A DNA stretch of 64,000 nucleotides, taken from assembly GCA_009602735.1 (NCBI GenBank), contig WELA01001462.1:84523-148522 (forward strand), in the 5' to 3' direction. Shown piece by piece: positions 52,171 to 64,000 of this stretch. The notes beneath the pieces were generated by a model. That model did no database searches. It was not told the DNA's origin and saw only the letters and a program-made list of their open reading frames with translations. Each line of letters begins with the position of its first letter. Within the stretch, counting starts at the first letter, position 1. Position numbers and translations under genes: made by a program. Source of the stretch: Mesotaenium endlicherianum. Lineage: Eukaryota.

Positions 52171-52734
52171 CTTTTTGCGACGCATCCGGCTCCGTTGTTG
52201 CCACGCGTTGGGCTCTCTAGGCTAGGCACAAGATCGGCTAGGCACAAGCCCAGACCGGGTTGGACGCAGGTGCGTCCAAGGGCTTGCGCAGGTTCGGCCC
52301 AGACTTGCTCCGCACCTTGGCAACGCCATTTCCGCCACAACCGTCACACGCTCCGCAGCCTGCAACTATTGTCGCCTGCTGCGCCAGCACGCTATCACTT
52401 GGCAGCAGCTCAGCAGCTGTTAGCGCATCCCGTGAGCGCACGCTCGTAGTAGCTGCAAGCTGGCCAGCGATCGCGCACAAGCGCGACGGACCAGACCAGG
52501 GACGCCGCGTTGAGGAGGCACCGTGCCTTCCTTGCTCCTTCCACGTGCTAGAGACGCGGACAGCGTCAGCTGCGTCCGTACCTCACGCGCTCAACTTGCC
52601 GATGACGACGGTGCAGCTCAGCGTTTTGGTCATCTCGCTGGCGCTGCACCGCATGCCAGCGATCTCCTTCGCCGACCTTGGAGTGACGCTGGAGGCAGCC
52701 AGGCAGGCAGCCCAGCTGTTGCTACAGCCACGCG

Positions 52735-53860
52735 GTGCCGGTCTACGCATCGCTTCCGGCAACGTCCGACGCCGTTGCCGCAGTGCTCCTCGCGCCTGCA
52801 CGCCCTCCGCACGAGCGCGGGCTGATCATCAGTCCCAACGTCACCCTTTTGGATATTGCGCAGGGTATTGTCCTCGTCAACACGCGGGCACCGCAGCGCA
52901 TCATGTTTGACACGGGTGCGCAGTCGGTCCTCATTAGCCTTAGCTTTTGTCAGCTGGGTCTCTCAACCGCCGACCTGGAGGAGTTGCCCACGCGGATCAA
53001 CATCGCGACGGGCACTTCAGAGTTTGTCACTGGGCGCACGCGACTAGCCCTCCGCTTCACTTTCCGCCCAGGGACTGCGGATGAGACGACCATCCATCGA
53101 CATGCACTCGTCATCCGCCGCGGGACCTTTGACGTACTGTTGGAGCAGGTCGTTCTCTTCCCCATCGGTGCCGCTATTGATAACTGGGCAGAGCGCGTTC
53201 ACTATCGGCCAAAATGGCGCACGGGAGGTAGCCGCACTGCCTCTTTGCCGCTCGACATCGTGGATCGGCGTCCCGCTGCCACTGCACTCTATGGCTTCAT
53301 GGCATCTGACGACGACATGACCACTAATGAAGACCTGCTGCAGCTCTAGGATGAAGAGCCAAAGTTATCTAGAGCGGAGCTGCATCTCACGCCAATAGAT
53401 CAAGCCACTATTCTGCCTCAGGTAGAAAGTCCAGGGCGGCTTGCAGCAGCAGGGCAGACGGTGACAGCCGCAGTGCAAGAGACGCCAGCAGCAGGACAAG
53501 AGGTGACCTCAGCTGTTTTTACTTGGAAGCTGGGGGGGACACTCATGCTGAGAGGCGCAAATACACGTTTTCACTAAACCACACGAAGAACTGTGGTCCG
53601 GGCCACCTTCCAAACCTTGACTTGCAGGTTCGTCCCCGCGACGCGCGGCCGCCCAAGACTTGGGCATCCCCCATCTGCTACACTCCTAGCCACGAGGCCC
53701 AGACGCGGCTATGCAACAGCTGCAACATCGGCTTCCACATCGGCGACCATTGTGGGCCCAAGTGCCAGTTGAAGACAATATTTGCTGCGGCTGCGTTGAG
53801 CAAGCACTAGGCAGCGATTACAGCTCATCAATTGGAGGCTGAGAGCTAGGGGAGGATTTA
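52735..53860 (+). pseudogene. Remnant of an E1-related gypsy element: protease, PHD-like fragment and purine tract
   Basis: IMFDTGAQSVLI..LGL..DL..FDVLL..LFPIGAAID aligns by eye with the E1 protease; PIC..LCNSCNIGFH near 53670-53740; GAGAGCTAGGGGAGGA near 53841. Confidence 0.7.
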
Positions 53861-53865
53861 AAATA

Positions 53866-55120
53866 TTTGACAGCTGACTCTCATTTTGGCCTTACGGCCA
53901 CCTGCATTTCCGTTTCAAGTGCCGCAAAGCCTGCTTGCCTACTTTTGTGTTGCTAATGCCAATTGGACGCACCCGACCCCGTAATGCACGACAGCCGTCA
54001 TGACTCATTAGGTCGGGGCCGTCGCACTAAATTGAGCTACACGTGTGCCAACCATCAACCTAAGAAAGCCAACTTTGACTTGACTTTACGCATCCATATA
54101 TTGACCTTTTCTAAATTTGCAAAGTGCTGAAATGTAGCGCGTCAAGTCATCTTCCGAATGGCACTGGTTTCGCGTCATTTGATCAAGTATCAAGCGAGAT
54201 ATTAGCAATCTAGTCCGTGCCACCAACCGGCCCCTAGCGAAATTTCACCAAGGGCCAACTTGTGATTTCAATGTGCCCAAAAGTCACACTTGTTGGCTAT
54301 TCGTGACCCCAAGGACCCCTAGCTTTATGTGCACAAATCCACAAGTTCCCTAGCATACATATACCTTGCATGTAGTAATATATGTGCATCATTGAAGCTA
54401 TAACTTGGTGATCGCATCACCTATTCCTAGAGGAAGCTTCCTCAAGCTTCAAATCTACCTTCGAGGCATAATCTAGGTAGCATTGGTCTAGGTAAGCTCC
54501 ACCAATGAGAAGCATTTAGCATATTCTTAAATCTAGTTTTTCATTGGATTAAGTAGTAACTAGTCTATTTAAGCGCTAGCACAATAGGTACATATCTGTG
54601 TGTGCAAAGGTAGATTTTAGATGAAGACTATATGCATTGAATCCGCGCCTAACCTGCCAGGTTCTCAGGAGTATAAGCAGTAGAGATGTCCCTAGTGAGA
54701 CTTATATTAAGAAGTCCAATTATGCCAGCTGGAAGCCACAGAGTTATCAGTAAAGCTTACACTTTTATCTCTGGTGTTTTTTAGGACCACTGAGTCTCTC
54801 TCTTGTGAAGAGCAAGGCCTCCTGGCTTCCAGTCACTTGAAGAACTTCACAAGTGGTGAGCAAAGTCACAGCTTAAACCTTGCCATAGGACTACTCTTGA
54901 AGATCATGATTTGCTTCCCGTGATCTTTTGGGCCAGACTTCAATAGTTGTTTTCCAACAGTCTTGAGGTGCTCACTCTGGAAAAATCAAGACATTTGACA
55001 GCTGACTCTCTTTTTGGCCTTAAGGCCACCTGCATTTCCGTTTCCATTGCCGTAAAGCTTGCTTGCCTACTTTTGTGTTGCTTATGCCGATAGGACGCAC
55101 CCGACCCCATAATGCACGAC
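53866..55120. repeat. ~125-bp direct repeat (53866-53992 and 54992-55120) in very degenerate retroelement-like sequence
   Basis: ATTTGACAGCTGACTCTC..GGACGCACCCGACCCC.TAATGCACGACA occurs twice; the minus strand resembles an RNase H (HYGVGCVLS). Confidence 0.65.
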
Positions 55121-57343
55121 ATCATAACGCTATCTGCACACTCGAACTTAACGACACATATTAAGAGGTCCATGACCATTGTCAATCTTTGGTGACGGTC
55201 GTCACACTTAGCCCGACAGTGCGTGGAGCACATTCTTATGAAGTGGAGAAAATTTCTACGCTTCAGAGGTGCAGATTTGTTCCCAAACAGTTTCCATGCC
55301 ATTGGCCGCATAATTACCATCTTTGCCTGCCTTGGAGGGGTTAATTTCCTCCACCTTTGCCTGAGTTAGCGTAAAAAAATCCGTCCACACCCTGGGCAAA
55401 GATTGGCGTAGATCAGTTTCTGGGGCGTTTTTGACATTCTACTATGGGCGAGTCTCAAAGTGCATAAAACTTCTTGCATTACAAGGATACTGTCGAGCTG
55501 TCTCGTCAAACTAAGTGTAACACAATTTTTTAGCAAGTAAAGACGTTGACAACATACACAGACAAACATTATCTTCTTATTCTCACTTTTTTGTTGCACC
55601 TGTACTTTGTCAATGACAGCAAGTGCAAGCAATGGCTGGCGGGTCTCTCTACTTTAAAATCGGCAATGTCAGTAAATGCTATGAAGTCCTAATCTAACAA
55701 GGCGCTACAGAATATGAGTGATGGGTTTGACGTTGAGCAAGAAACTTTAGCGGAGTTAGAGGACGATTTGGTCACAATGCAAAATAAGACGGACAAACAT
55801 CCTAATAGTTTGAAGCCTCTCACAGAGGAAGAGCTTTCTTGAGTCCAAAAGAAAGTTGAGGACAAAGAAGCAAACTTGGATTGTATGCATGACACATTAC
55901 AAAATGCGGAGCCACTGGTAGTGCAGGTTCACGCGTGCCTACTTGAAGTGGAACAATTATTACCTGGTGTACTCAGGGGACTTCAACGAACCTGTCTGTG
56001 GGTCATCGGTACGCATCTTCCCTCTTGCAACATCATAGACTTGTATGTGCCATGTTGAACATAGGCCCCCGTGCATGTACTACGGGCTCCATTCTTGAAT
56101 CAGACATCTCGTGCACATTTGTAGCAAGTCACCACTACTGCTCCTTCGGCTCTTCCCTTTGTGGCCCGCCATTGTTGATGCTCCTCATCTTGTGCTTCTC
56201 CTTCCCACACTGGGTCCCTTCAGGTTTATGGCTAAATGTGATGCTGCTCCATGCTTCCTCTCCACCATATTTGTTACTCTCTTTCTGTTCAATAATTTGG
56301 TCTCAGTCTTCTTGGTGTGGAGCCTCATATAAACTTTGGTATCTTTGCCACGTCTACTTGGCATCTCTTGTCTATATGAGAGAGAGAGAGAGTTGAAGGT
56401 CGTTTAGCTTGCCCAATGAAGAATGAGCTTTGCAAGTAACGTCGCCGCGCTGCTCAACCGAGGAACCGAGAAAAGGTGCGGCCGAGATCCAGTGAATATG
56501 CGAAGTGAGGCTGTAAGCTTCTATTGTATGGCGTAGATTGCTCCCCCATTGAGACAGAGGATGTTGCGTGCAGGGACTCAATTGGACTATGTTGGAATGG
56601 ACTACCTCGTAGACTTCTTCAAGCCTTGCTTCTATCCTACACTAACCTAATTAATATAAGCATATCTTCAGTCTACTTTAAGGTTTTTTTTAAAAATTAT
56701 TTTGCTATAATCTGCTACCTAACTTGCTGAGACTGAGTGCCTCTTGCTTGGATGAGCTTGTGGTTAATGTCCTTGCACAGAAACTATCTGTATGAACACA
56801 TTCTAATCTCTATTCTGATGTCTCTTCAATGCTTTCTAACTGAGTTCTTAGGAAAAGAGTGCATGGGTGGGACTCTAGCAGTATTGTAATTTTACACCAA
56901 AATAATTATCTGCTAAGTGTATATAGGAACATGTTTGTTGTTGTGCTACTCTCTTTTTGTAATCTGAATCATGCATATATTCTGTTTTTTAGCACTCCAG
57001 CTTTATACTTGTTCAAAATTGGAAGAAATTCTGAGTACATAATGAATTTGCCAAAAAAATTACTCATGAATCCTTGGATATGTATTGTGGTTCAGAGCAG
57101 CATCTTTGACAGGCAAACAATGCATGGCAATATGATTTGCGTACACCTATAGTTGATGGGAAAGAATAACTATTATTTAGTTGACATGAGTCTCATGGTT
57201 CGCGCCCTCAGCTCCGCATTGTGATCTAAGTTGGAGAGCGAGGTGTGTGGGTGCCTTCCATTGTCAAGCGTAAAACGAAGAATGGTGAACACTCTTTTGA
57301 TAAGCATTAATTTTGCAAACTCTGGCATTGAAAGGAAGACATC

Positions 57344-57800
57344 TCAGTTGTCTTCACGAAGAATTACATAATGTAAAAGTTGTTGCAAAACACGATCCGG
57401 GCGCTCTGTTTGGCTGTCCATCAACAGACAAAAGCTTGTGGCCATCTTGAAATGTGTACCACAATATTTGCACACTTCTTGCCAGAATCGACTCGTATAT
57501 TTGCTATCACGCTCACTTATGATTTCCCCTTGGCATCCCATGCGACATAAAAATGTTATCAATAAAGAGTCGTTTGGTTTCTTTAGCGTTAAGTCGCAGC
57601 TTGGTGGGCACAAAGTGTACCTTTTTATGGAACGGTCAGCTATCGTTAACACCCCTTCATGAATCCTTGTTGTGGTAGGTGAATCCACAAAACAATCAAG
57701 TCTTTTGCTAGGAGCCATTCGCAAGCTGTAGCTGATGCAGCTTTTCAACTGGCAACATATTGCTGGCTTGACCTGTTGAGAAGTTGCACAGTGTACTCGA
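57344..57800 (-). pseudogene. Degenerate gypsy integrase core
   Basis: IISERDSKYTSRFWQ..MATSF..DSQTERPDRVLQQLL. Confidence 0.75.
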
Positions 57801-58479
57801 TAAACCCTAGCACATCTCTTACTCGGCCTTCTGGGACCACAATGCGCCCATTGCGCCACCAAACCCTCTTTTCAAACGTGTAGTTTAGAATTGCGTTTGT
57901 TAAAATTAAGCGAATTTGACTCCAATTACTCTTGCCAGCTAAAAGAGTGTGTTTGTGTGTATCAATGCATTAAGCGGTCATGTATGCACGTGCGTGAACC
58001 TGACTGTTAGTGTGAGGTCAAGACAACGTTTTGTTCGAAGTGTCGATGTATAAGATTTCGGTGACTAGGACTCTCGATGAGATTGAGGTATGTAAACAAT
58101 TGCCATGCTGAATATATTTGAGAGCGAAGTTTTGTAAGTTCACACTTGAGATTAAGAGAAAAACGTTGAGTGAAGAGTAAGAGAGTGCTCCTCAGTATCC
58201 TGTGTGAGTTGATGTGCTCTAGATGAGCTTTGAGTGAAGTGATTGCCTTGCCAAGAATTAAGAGGGTCTGAGAGTGCAATGGCCATTCGCAGGAGATGAT
58301 TGCCAACATGGTATCGAAGCAAGATTGAAGTCCTTTGATGAAAAGGATAATAAGTATTCAGTGTGGTCAAGAAGTGCGTGTGCACAATTATTTAGGCATG
58401 ATCTGAAGGGTGCTAAAGTTGGCTCAATTTCCACTTCCTACAGCGGAATCTCCTAGGAAACCTAATATGCAAGTTTCAA

Positions 58480-59020
58480 TTTGTCTGAGAGTCAACTTTT
58501 CTTAGAAAATCCTGAGTTCCAACTTTTACTGTACAAACTTGGAAAGAGAGAAGCAAAAGGTTCTCTAAGCATCGGCTGAAGCGTGCTTTCTTGAGCTCCT
58601 TGTGGCCTTAGGACTCCTTCTTCTTCGCGCCTCTTCTTTCTCCTCCTTCGTTCTCCTTCCTAGAAAATGAGGATGAAGATGAGGTTCAAGTCTGTCGTAA
58701 AGTTCGCGCGTGAATGCATGACTTCTTAGCCAGTGACAGCCTTGACGTGGCCGTCGAGGTGACACACATCATCGTGGCAATCTTGTGGGACTCCCACAGC
58801 TGACCTGGTTCGTACTTCCCCACCCATCCCAAGGTGTCGGGATTGCATTCACCCTGTTGTCGTCATTATGCGCGTGTCATGGGTTGGACCTCAGTTCTGT
58901 GTTGACCTTGAAAGTTAAGCTGGGTTTGGTTGGTGGGAGTCAACGGTCGTTGTGCCGTACCTGGGCTCGGCGTGACTTCTGCCACGCGAGCCAAACCGCC
59001 ATTTTGACAGTCGCTAGTGT
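58480..59020 (-). repeat. Diverged remnant of repeat A of the E1/E2 family
   Basis: The reverse complement contains AAGTCACG..CCCAGGTACGG..CGTTGACT and GGCGCGAAGAAGAAGGAGT..AAGGCCAC..CACGCTTC.GCCGA, as in repeat A. Confidence 0.6.
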
Positions 59021-59863
59021 TGAGCCATCAATTGATGGTAAAAAGTAATGGTAAAAGCTGGGTAAAAGTGTATTCTGCTGAATTCTTTGGCTTGCAGCAA
59101 CTGGGCTGCTGCTGCAGCTGCAACCGCTGGCCGGAAGTCGCACGAAGGCAGGTTTCAGTGGCTCAACTCGTGGAGATGGCTTTACACGTGGGGATTGCAC
59201 AAGAAATGCTTAGGGAATAGTGTCAGAGATATGAATTTTGATCGATTGAAGGGTCCACCGCAGGGCCTCGAGAAAAATGAACGGCTTGCGAAGGACCTGT
59301 GGCCTGGAGTGTTTGTACGGCCAGAGGAACACTGAATTTGGAGCACTGCGGAGCACGGTTGTCAGCTACCGCGATTCATGGGTCGAAGTTTTGAATCTTC
59401 AAGTTACAAATGGTTACAAACTGTTTCTTGAATAAAGGTCAGCAGTACGTTTGCCGTCTGGGTCATCTGTCTCCTGTAGGCCAAGCCGATGTCATCATAA
59501 TTTATACTTTGGAGAACGTATCACATCTAAGGAAGGCTATTAAGGTGCATCATCTTGGCTAGTAAGTGGGTTCTTCATGAGGATTGTCCACAATGACTCA
59601 GTCACTATCAACGGACGAGGAGATGGAAGGAAGTAGGCTAGTAACTCTCCAATTTGAAGTGGGAGATGCTAGAGACGTCAAGATGATAACATGGGATAGC
59701 GTCATGTGAGAGCTAGTTAACACGTCTTACTTATCAATCAAAGCGAGGTCTGAACCTAGGGGGCTTTCTCTCCACATCCATGAGCTTAATAGGATAAAGT
59801 CTGCAGTATCTTATTCCAAAGTTCCTGCAGGTGTGAGAGACTATAACGATTCAGGGAAGCATT

Positions 59864-62800
59864 ATGGCAACCACAACAAGGCGCCGGCCTCCCTCGTTGG
59901 CGGAGAACCTCATGCGGGTCCCTATTTCTCAAAGATCAGGCCTGATGGAGAAATTACAAGGGGGAGATGCACGCAACGTTCTTGACATGCTCCAAAATGT
60001 TGACAGCTTAGACTCTCCTTCTAAGAACCGACCATACATTTGGCCATTCAGCAGCCCGGAAAAGTGGTTTAGGCACTCTCCAAACACTCTTAATCACCAC
60101 ACACATCCGCCGCAAAAATCGGCGCATGACGGTAGCCCAGAACAGATAAAGAGCACAGATGCTTCTCACAAGTTTCACTTGAAAGAAGCATCCTTTTGCT
60201 CCCCAATCAAAGCGGCAAAGGCCGCTTCAAAAGTACTTGGCGATAACAGTCCCGAGACAAGCAGAGGAGCCCTAGGCGAACAGGCCAGGACAGGGGACAT
60301 AAAAGGGCATGCACCACCCCCAGGAAAAGTCGCTCGGAAGTTTCACTGCTGGTGGCTTCTGCTGTCACTTCTCTGTGTGTTTTTCTTTGCCTGGAGTGTA
60401 AGGAAGCTCTATGCAGGTGTTTCGTCCGCACGAGGTACGTTCCCAACTGTTGGTGACGGCACATGGGCGACCTGTCTAGCAGTTATATCTGAAGGGGTGG
60501 GAGCCACCAGCCACCCATGTGGAAACGAGTGTGTAGACGTGATGCATCAGGGATCACGCCAGGCATTGGGCCGAGTCGAATACGCTTCCAGGCCTCATGT
60601 AGAGTGCCTCAGTTCCGGACTGGGCAAGGCTGGGGGTACACCTGTCTCGATGCCAAGAATCGTACTCTTGCCGGTGTCAGGAGGAGATAAGTTCACGTCG
60701 TACTGATGTGAGGGTAGCATGTGACTGTAATGCTGCTCTTGTTCTTGGTCACGTGTCCCCTCACCGCTCGCAGGAGCCGTGTACGCCGCTCACAATGGGC
60801 AGCAATGCCTGTGGCGCGGGGACTGTTGCAGAGCAAGCTGCGGTGAATGGCTCCTCCTTGGCGATGCCCACTCACCTGGCTGCAAGAGCAGCTATGCGGG
60901 GGGCCCCCTTGCCCTACACCTGGAGCACATACTCATACATATTCTCTTCCGGGAGGCACATTGTAGAGGTTCCTCCCATCCCTGTGCTCCCCAATGCTCA
61001 GGGGGCGGGAGGCGTTGAGCACGTACTCCATGATGCATCTAAGGAGCAGAAGCAACCAGAGGAGGGGGACGGCGGGCAGACGCCAAAGAAGTATGCGGGT
61101 GGCGTCAAAGTAGGTCTTTCAAACGAAGGACAAGAAGGGGGTGAGGCGATAGTTTCGTCGGAGGTGCCGCATGAAGAGGGCGATAGCTTAGTGCAGGGTG
61201 GGGACGAGAGCAAGGAGGACGTGACAAGGGACAGCGCCGCTCCTTCTTCTTTCTCTTCCGCAGCGCAAGCAGGCACCAGAGCCGAAGCGGAGCAGGGCTC
61301 TGATGATGCGGCAGGCGGGCTACACAAGACCCAAGCGAGCGCCGAGGGAGGAGAGGAAGGCCTCTCCCGGGGAGTCGGTACAGAGGCGGGTAGTGATGTC
61401 ACAATTGTGTTGGCAAAAACGGCATCCCGGTCGTCGCCTTTGCCTCAAAAGGCGCCTCAGAAAGAGCACCAGGGGGACGAGGGCGAGGTCTTTGCTTGCG
61501 ACAGGTCCAGCTGGCGGGCGGACGTGTGCCGGATGCGGGGGGACGTGCGCGTGAAGGGCGATAGCAAGGTGCTGTGGCTGTTCTCCCGCAACCAGACGGT
61601 CCCGCGGGGCACCCAGAAGGTGAAGCCGTACCCGCGCAAGTGGGAGGGCCTCACTGAGTACTGCATGGGCACCGTCATGGAGCTCGTGCTCAGGTGCATC
61701 GACGACCCCACGCAGCAACAGCAGCAAGAGGCGCGAGTTGCATCAGAAGCCGGGCTTTCAAGGGGCACGGGAAGAGCCCAGCTGGAGCAGGCGCAGCAGC
61801 TTGGGACATCTGACGCTGACTTTGAGGGCGCCAATCAGGCTGTCCAGTCCAGCAGGAGGCTGCTGAGCGGCGCTCCTGGAGGGGGCGGGGGTGCTCTTGG
61901 GCAAGGAGGCGAGGAGGAGGCATCCCATGCCTGGGGTCGTCCTGCTGGCGTGCAGGTGGGAAAGGGAGCTGAGGGCGGCAGGAGGCGCTTGCTCAAGGCC
62001 CACTCCAAAGCCCACAAGCACCACGCCAAGCTGCCCGCAGAGAAGGGCCTGGGAAGCTCCCACACGAAAGTCTTGAGGGGAGCAAAGGAAGTGTGGGGCC
62101 GGGTGTCGGGCATGGAGGGCTCGGCCCAGCTTGGCGAGTGGCGAAGCGACGAGAGGGCCGATTGGGACCGGAGCCCCTTCATGTACCTGGGCGTGTGGCC
62201 CAAGGAGTGGAAGCTGCGCAAGTGGCTGGGGGCTTGGAGGGCCAAGGGGAGCATGACGCGGTGGCCCCCCGGCTCCCTGAAAAGCCCGCCGCCGCTGACG
62301 TGCGACGTGCGCCACCGTGTGCCAGCTGTCGTGATCTCCACCGCTGGCTACTCCGGGAACATCTACCACGACTTCAACGAGTGTATGCGCCCAATTGCGC
62401 CTCTGCGCCTGCCTCCGTGCGTCCTTGCTGCCTGCACGTGCATCTCACTCTTTCTCTGGGCTAGCTGGAGTCAGGCTCTGGAGTTGAGAGGGGATCAACT
62501 CTGTTCGTGCCATGCTGCTTGTGAGTCGTATCCGTATCATCCTTTGTTGTGAAATTGCTTGCTTACGTAGTGTCCAGGTGTCACACGTGGAGTAGTATGC
62601 CCCCTTGGTGACTGGACGATCAAGGTTCGTGAGTTGGTGACGGCAAGGACAAGTGCGTCGTAACTATCCACCTTCTCTCTGCCGCCTGTGCACGTGGCGA
62701 GAAGAGGTAAAGGCGGCCCTAACCCAGCTAATGCTGATGATCTTTTGGACGGCGGGCGGGGGCCGGTGCAGGCCTCATCCCTCTTTGGGTGACAGTGCAG

Positions 62801-63664
62801 CAGTATGACCGCGAGGTCGTCCTCGTCATCAGCGATGCCCGCGATTGGTGGATCCTCAGATACTGGGAGCTGCTGGACCAGATGTCCAACTACCCTCCCG
62901 TGCTCCTCGGCCAGGTGTGTGCGTGTGTATGTGTGTGTGTGTGTGTGTCAGCTTCAGCGACGTGTCCACAGCTGGTGCCTGGAGCTGTTGGGCCGTGCAT
63001 GCGTGCAGGCGTCGTGCGTGTGTGAGAAAGGGGGGCTGCATCCTGCACTCGATGCAAGAGAGCTGATGGGTGAGAGTGGTTGAATGGGTGCAGGATTCCC
63101 AAGTGCACTGCTTCCCAGAAGCGACAGTTGGCGCCACCACCCACGACGACCTGGCTGTGGATTCCACTCGCATGCGCGACCACAAGAGCATCCACGACTT
63201 CCAAGTGAGAGGCAGCTCACACTCTTTCACTATTCTCGGAAGCTTGTCAATAGTCATATTAACTTTGAGTGTCTACCCCCCCNNNNNNNNNNNNNNNNNN
63301 NNNNNNNNNNNNNNNNNNNNNNNNNNNNNNNNNNNNNNNNNNNNNNNNNNNNNNNNNNNNNNNNNNNNNNNNNNNNNNNNNNNNNNNNNNNNNNNNNNNN
63401 NNNNNNNNNNNNNNNNNNNNNNNNNNNNNNNNNNNNNNNNNNNNNNNNNNNNNNNNNNNNNNNNNNNNNNNNNNNNNNNNNNNNNNNNNNNNNNNNNNNN
63501 NNNNNNNNNNNNNNNNNNNNNNNNNNNNNNNNNNNNNNNNNNNNNNNNNNNNNNNNNNNNNNNNNNNNNNNNNNNNNNNNNNNNNNNNNNNNNNNNNNNN
63601 NNNNNNNNNNNNNNNNNNNNNNNNNNNNNNNNNNNNNNNNNNNNNNNNNNNNNNNNNNNNNNNN

Positions 63665-63727
<63 letters not shown>

Positions 63728-64000
63728 GACACACACACATATATGCTTGCTCACACACTGTGGGCAGAGAAGCTCACCTGTGGCTCAGGCTGGGGCGTGG
63801 TGAAAGGCGAGTGAAGGCAGGCGGCGCCGCAGTGCGTGTGGAATAAGTGCAAGCATACTCCATTGCTGTGCTGTCCTGATGCCGCGAAGCTTTCCCCTGG
63901 GTGATCTGGTTGGTCTGGCCCGCGCAGGCAATGCTGCGGCGGGCGTGGGAGTCCAAGGTCACGCCGGCAGTTGGCGGCGGCAACTGCTCGCGGCCGCAGA
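59864..64000 (+). CDS. GT61-family glycosyltransferase (xylan xylosyl/arabinosyltransferase-like), 5' part; exons ~59864-60416/60434, ~60832-62382, 62772-62914, 63094-63204, 63928 to end
   Basis: TM helix WWLLLSLLCVFFFAW; CDRSSWRADVCRMRGDVR, KVKPYPRKWE, CDVRHRVPAVVISTAGYSGNIYHDFNEC|LIPLWVT..DWWI..MSNYP|HCFPEATVG..DFQ|AMLRRAW. Boundaries of the first intron are uncertain. Confidence 0.92.
63283..63664. other. Assembly gap in a GT61 intron, flanked by (TC)n(AC)n microsatellite
   Basis: N run followed by tctc.. and acac.. up to ~63740. Confidence 0.98.

Larger units (their letters stand above)
45324..52210 (-). mobile_element. DIRS/PAT-like tyrosine-recombinase retrotransposon remnant; right boundary uncertain
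   Basis: YR and adenine-MTase domains; ~77-bp direct repeats at 45324-45400 and 45796-45872 downstream of YR, consistent with split direct repeats. Confidence 0.75.

Noticed and set aside
58020..58270. Candidate 5' LTR of the copia element at 38282-42355
   Set aside because: Opposite orientation and too diverged; it is an independent relic.
63070..63846. Long ORFs spanning 63.3-63.7 kb
   Set aside because: Artefacts of the N gap and the microsatellites.

Overview
Eukaryotic genomic window with GT-AG introns; the plant-type GT61 gene and the transposon complement suggest a streptophyte, probably an alga (inference). Two host genes flank it: the 3' exons of a Sir2-family deacetylase (74-1748, +) and the 5' part of a GT61 glycosyltransferase (59864 to window end, +). 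Between them is a ~47 kb nest of degenerate transposons: Ty3/gypsy, Ty1/copia, DIRS/PAT-like, piggyBac-like and hAT MITEs. The standout is a Ty3/gypsy family (elements E1 12608-25339 and E2 25498-35805). Its polyprotein carries a C5-cytosine methyltransferase and a PHD finger, and its PBS is complementary to its own LTR, suggesting self-priming. Both copies are circularly permuted: A-internal-B-GC-A-B instead of LTR-internal-LTR (B1 is deleted in E2). The TG...CA termini and 4-bp TSDs map to a 12-bp palindrome inside the PPT/PBS-defined LTR, as if a 2-LTR circle were opened at an internal att site by a DDE integrase. All calls were made by eye; no alignments or database searches were run.
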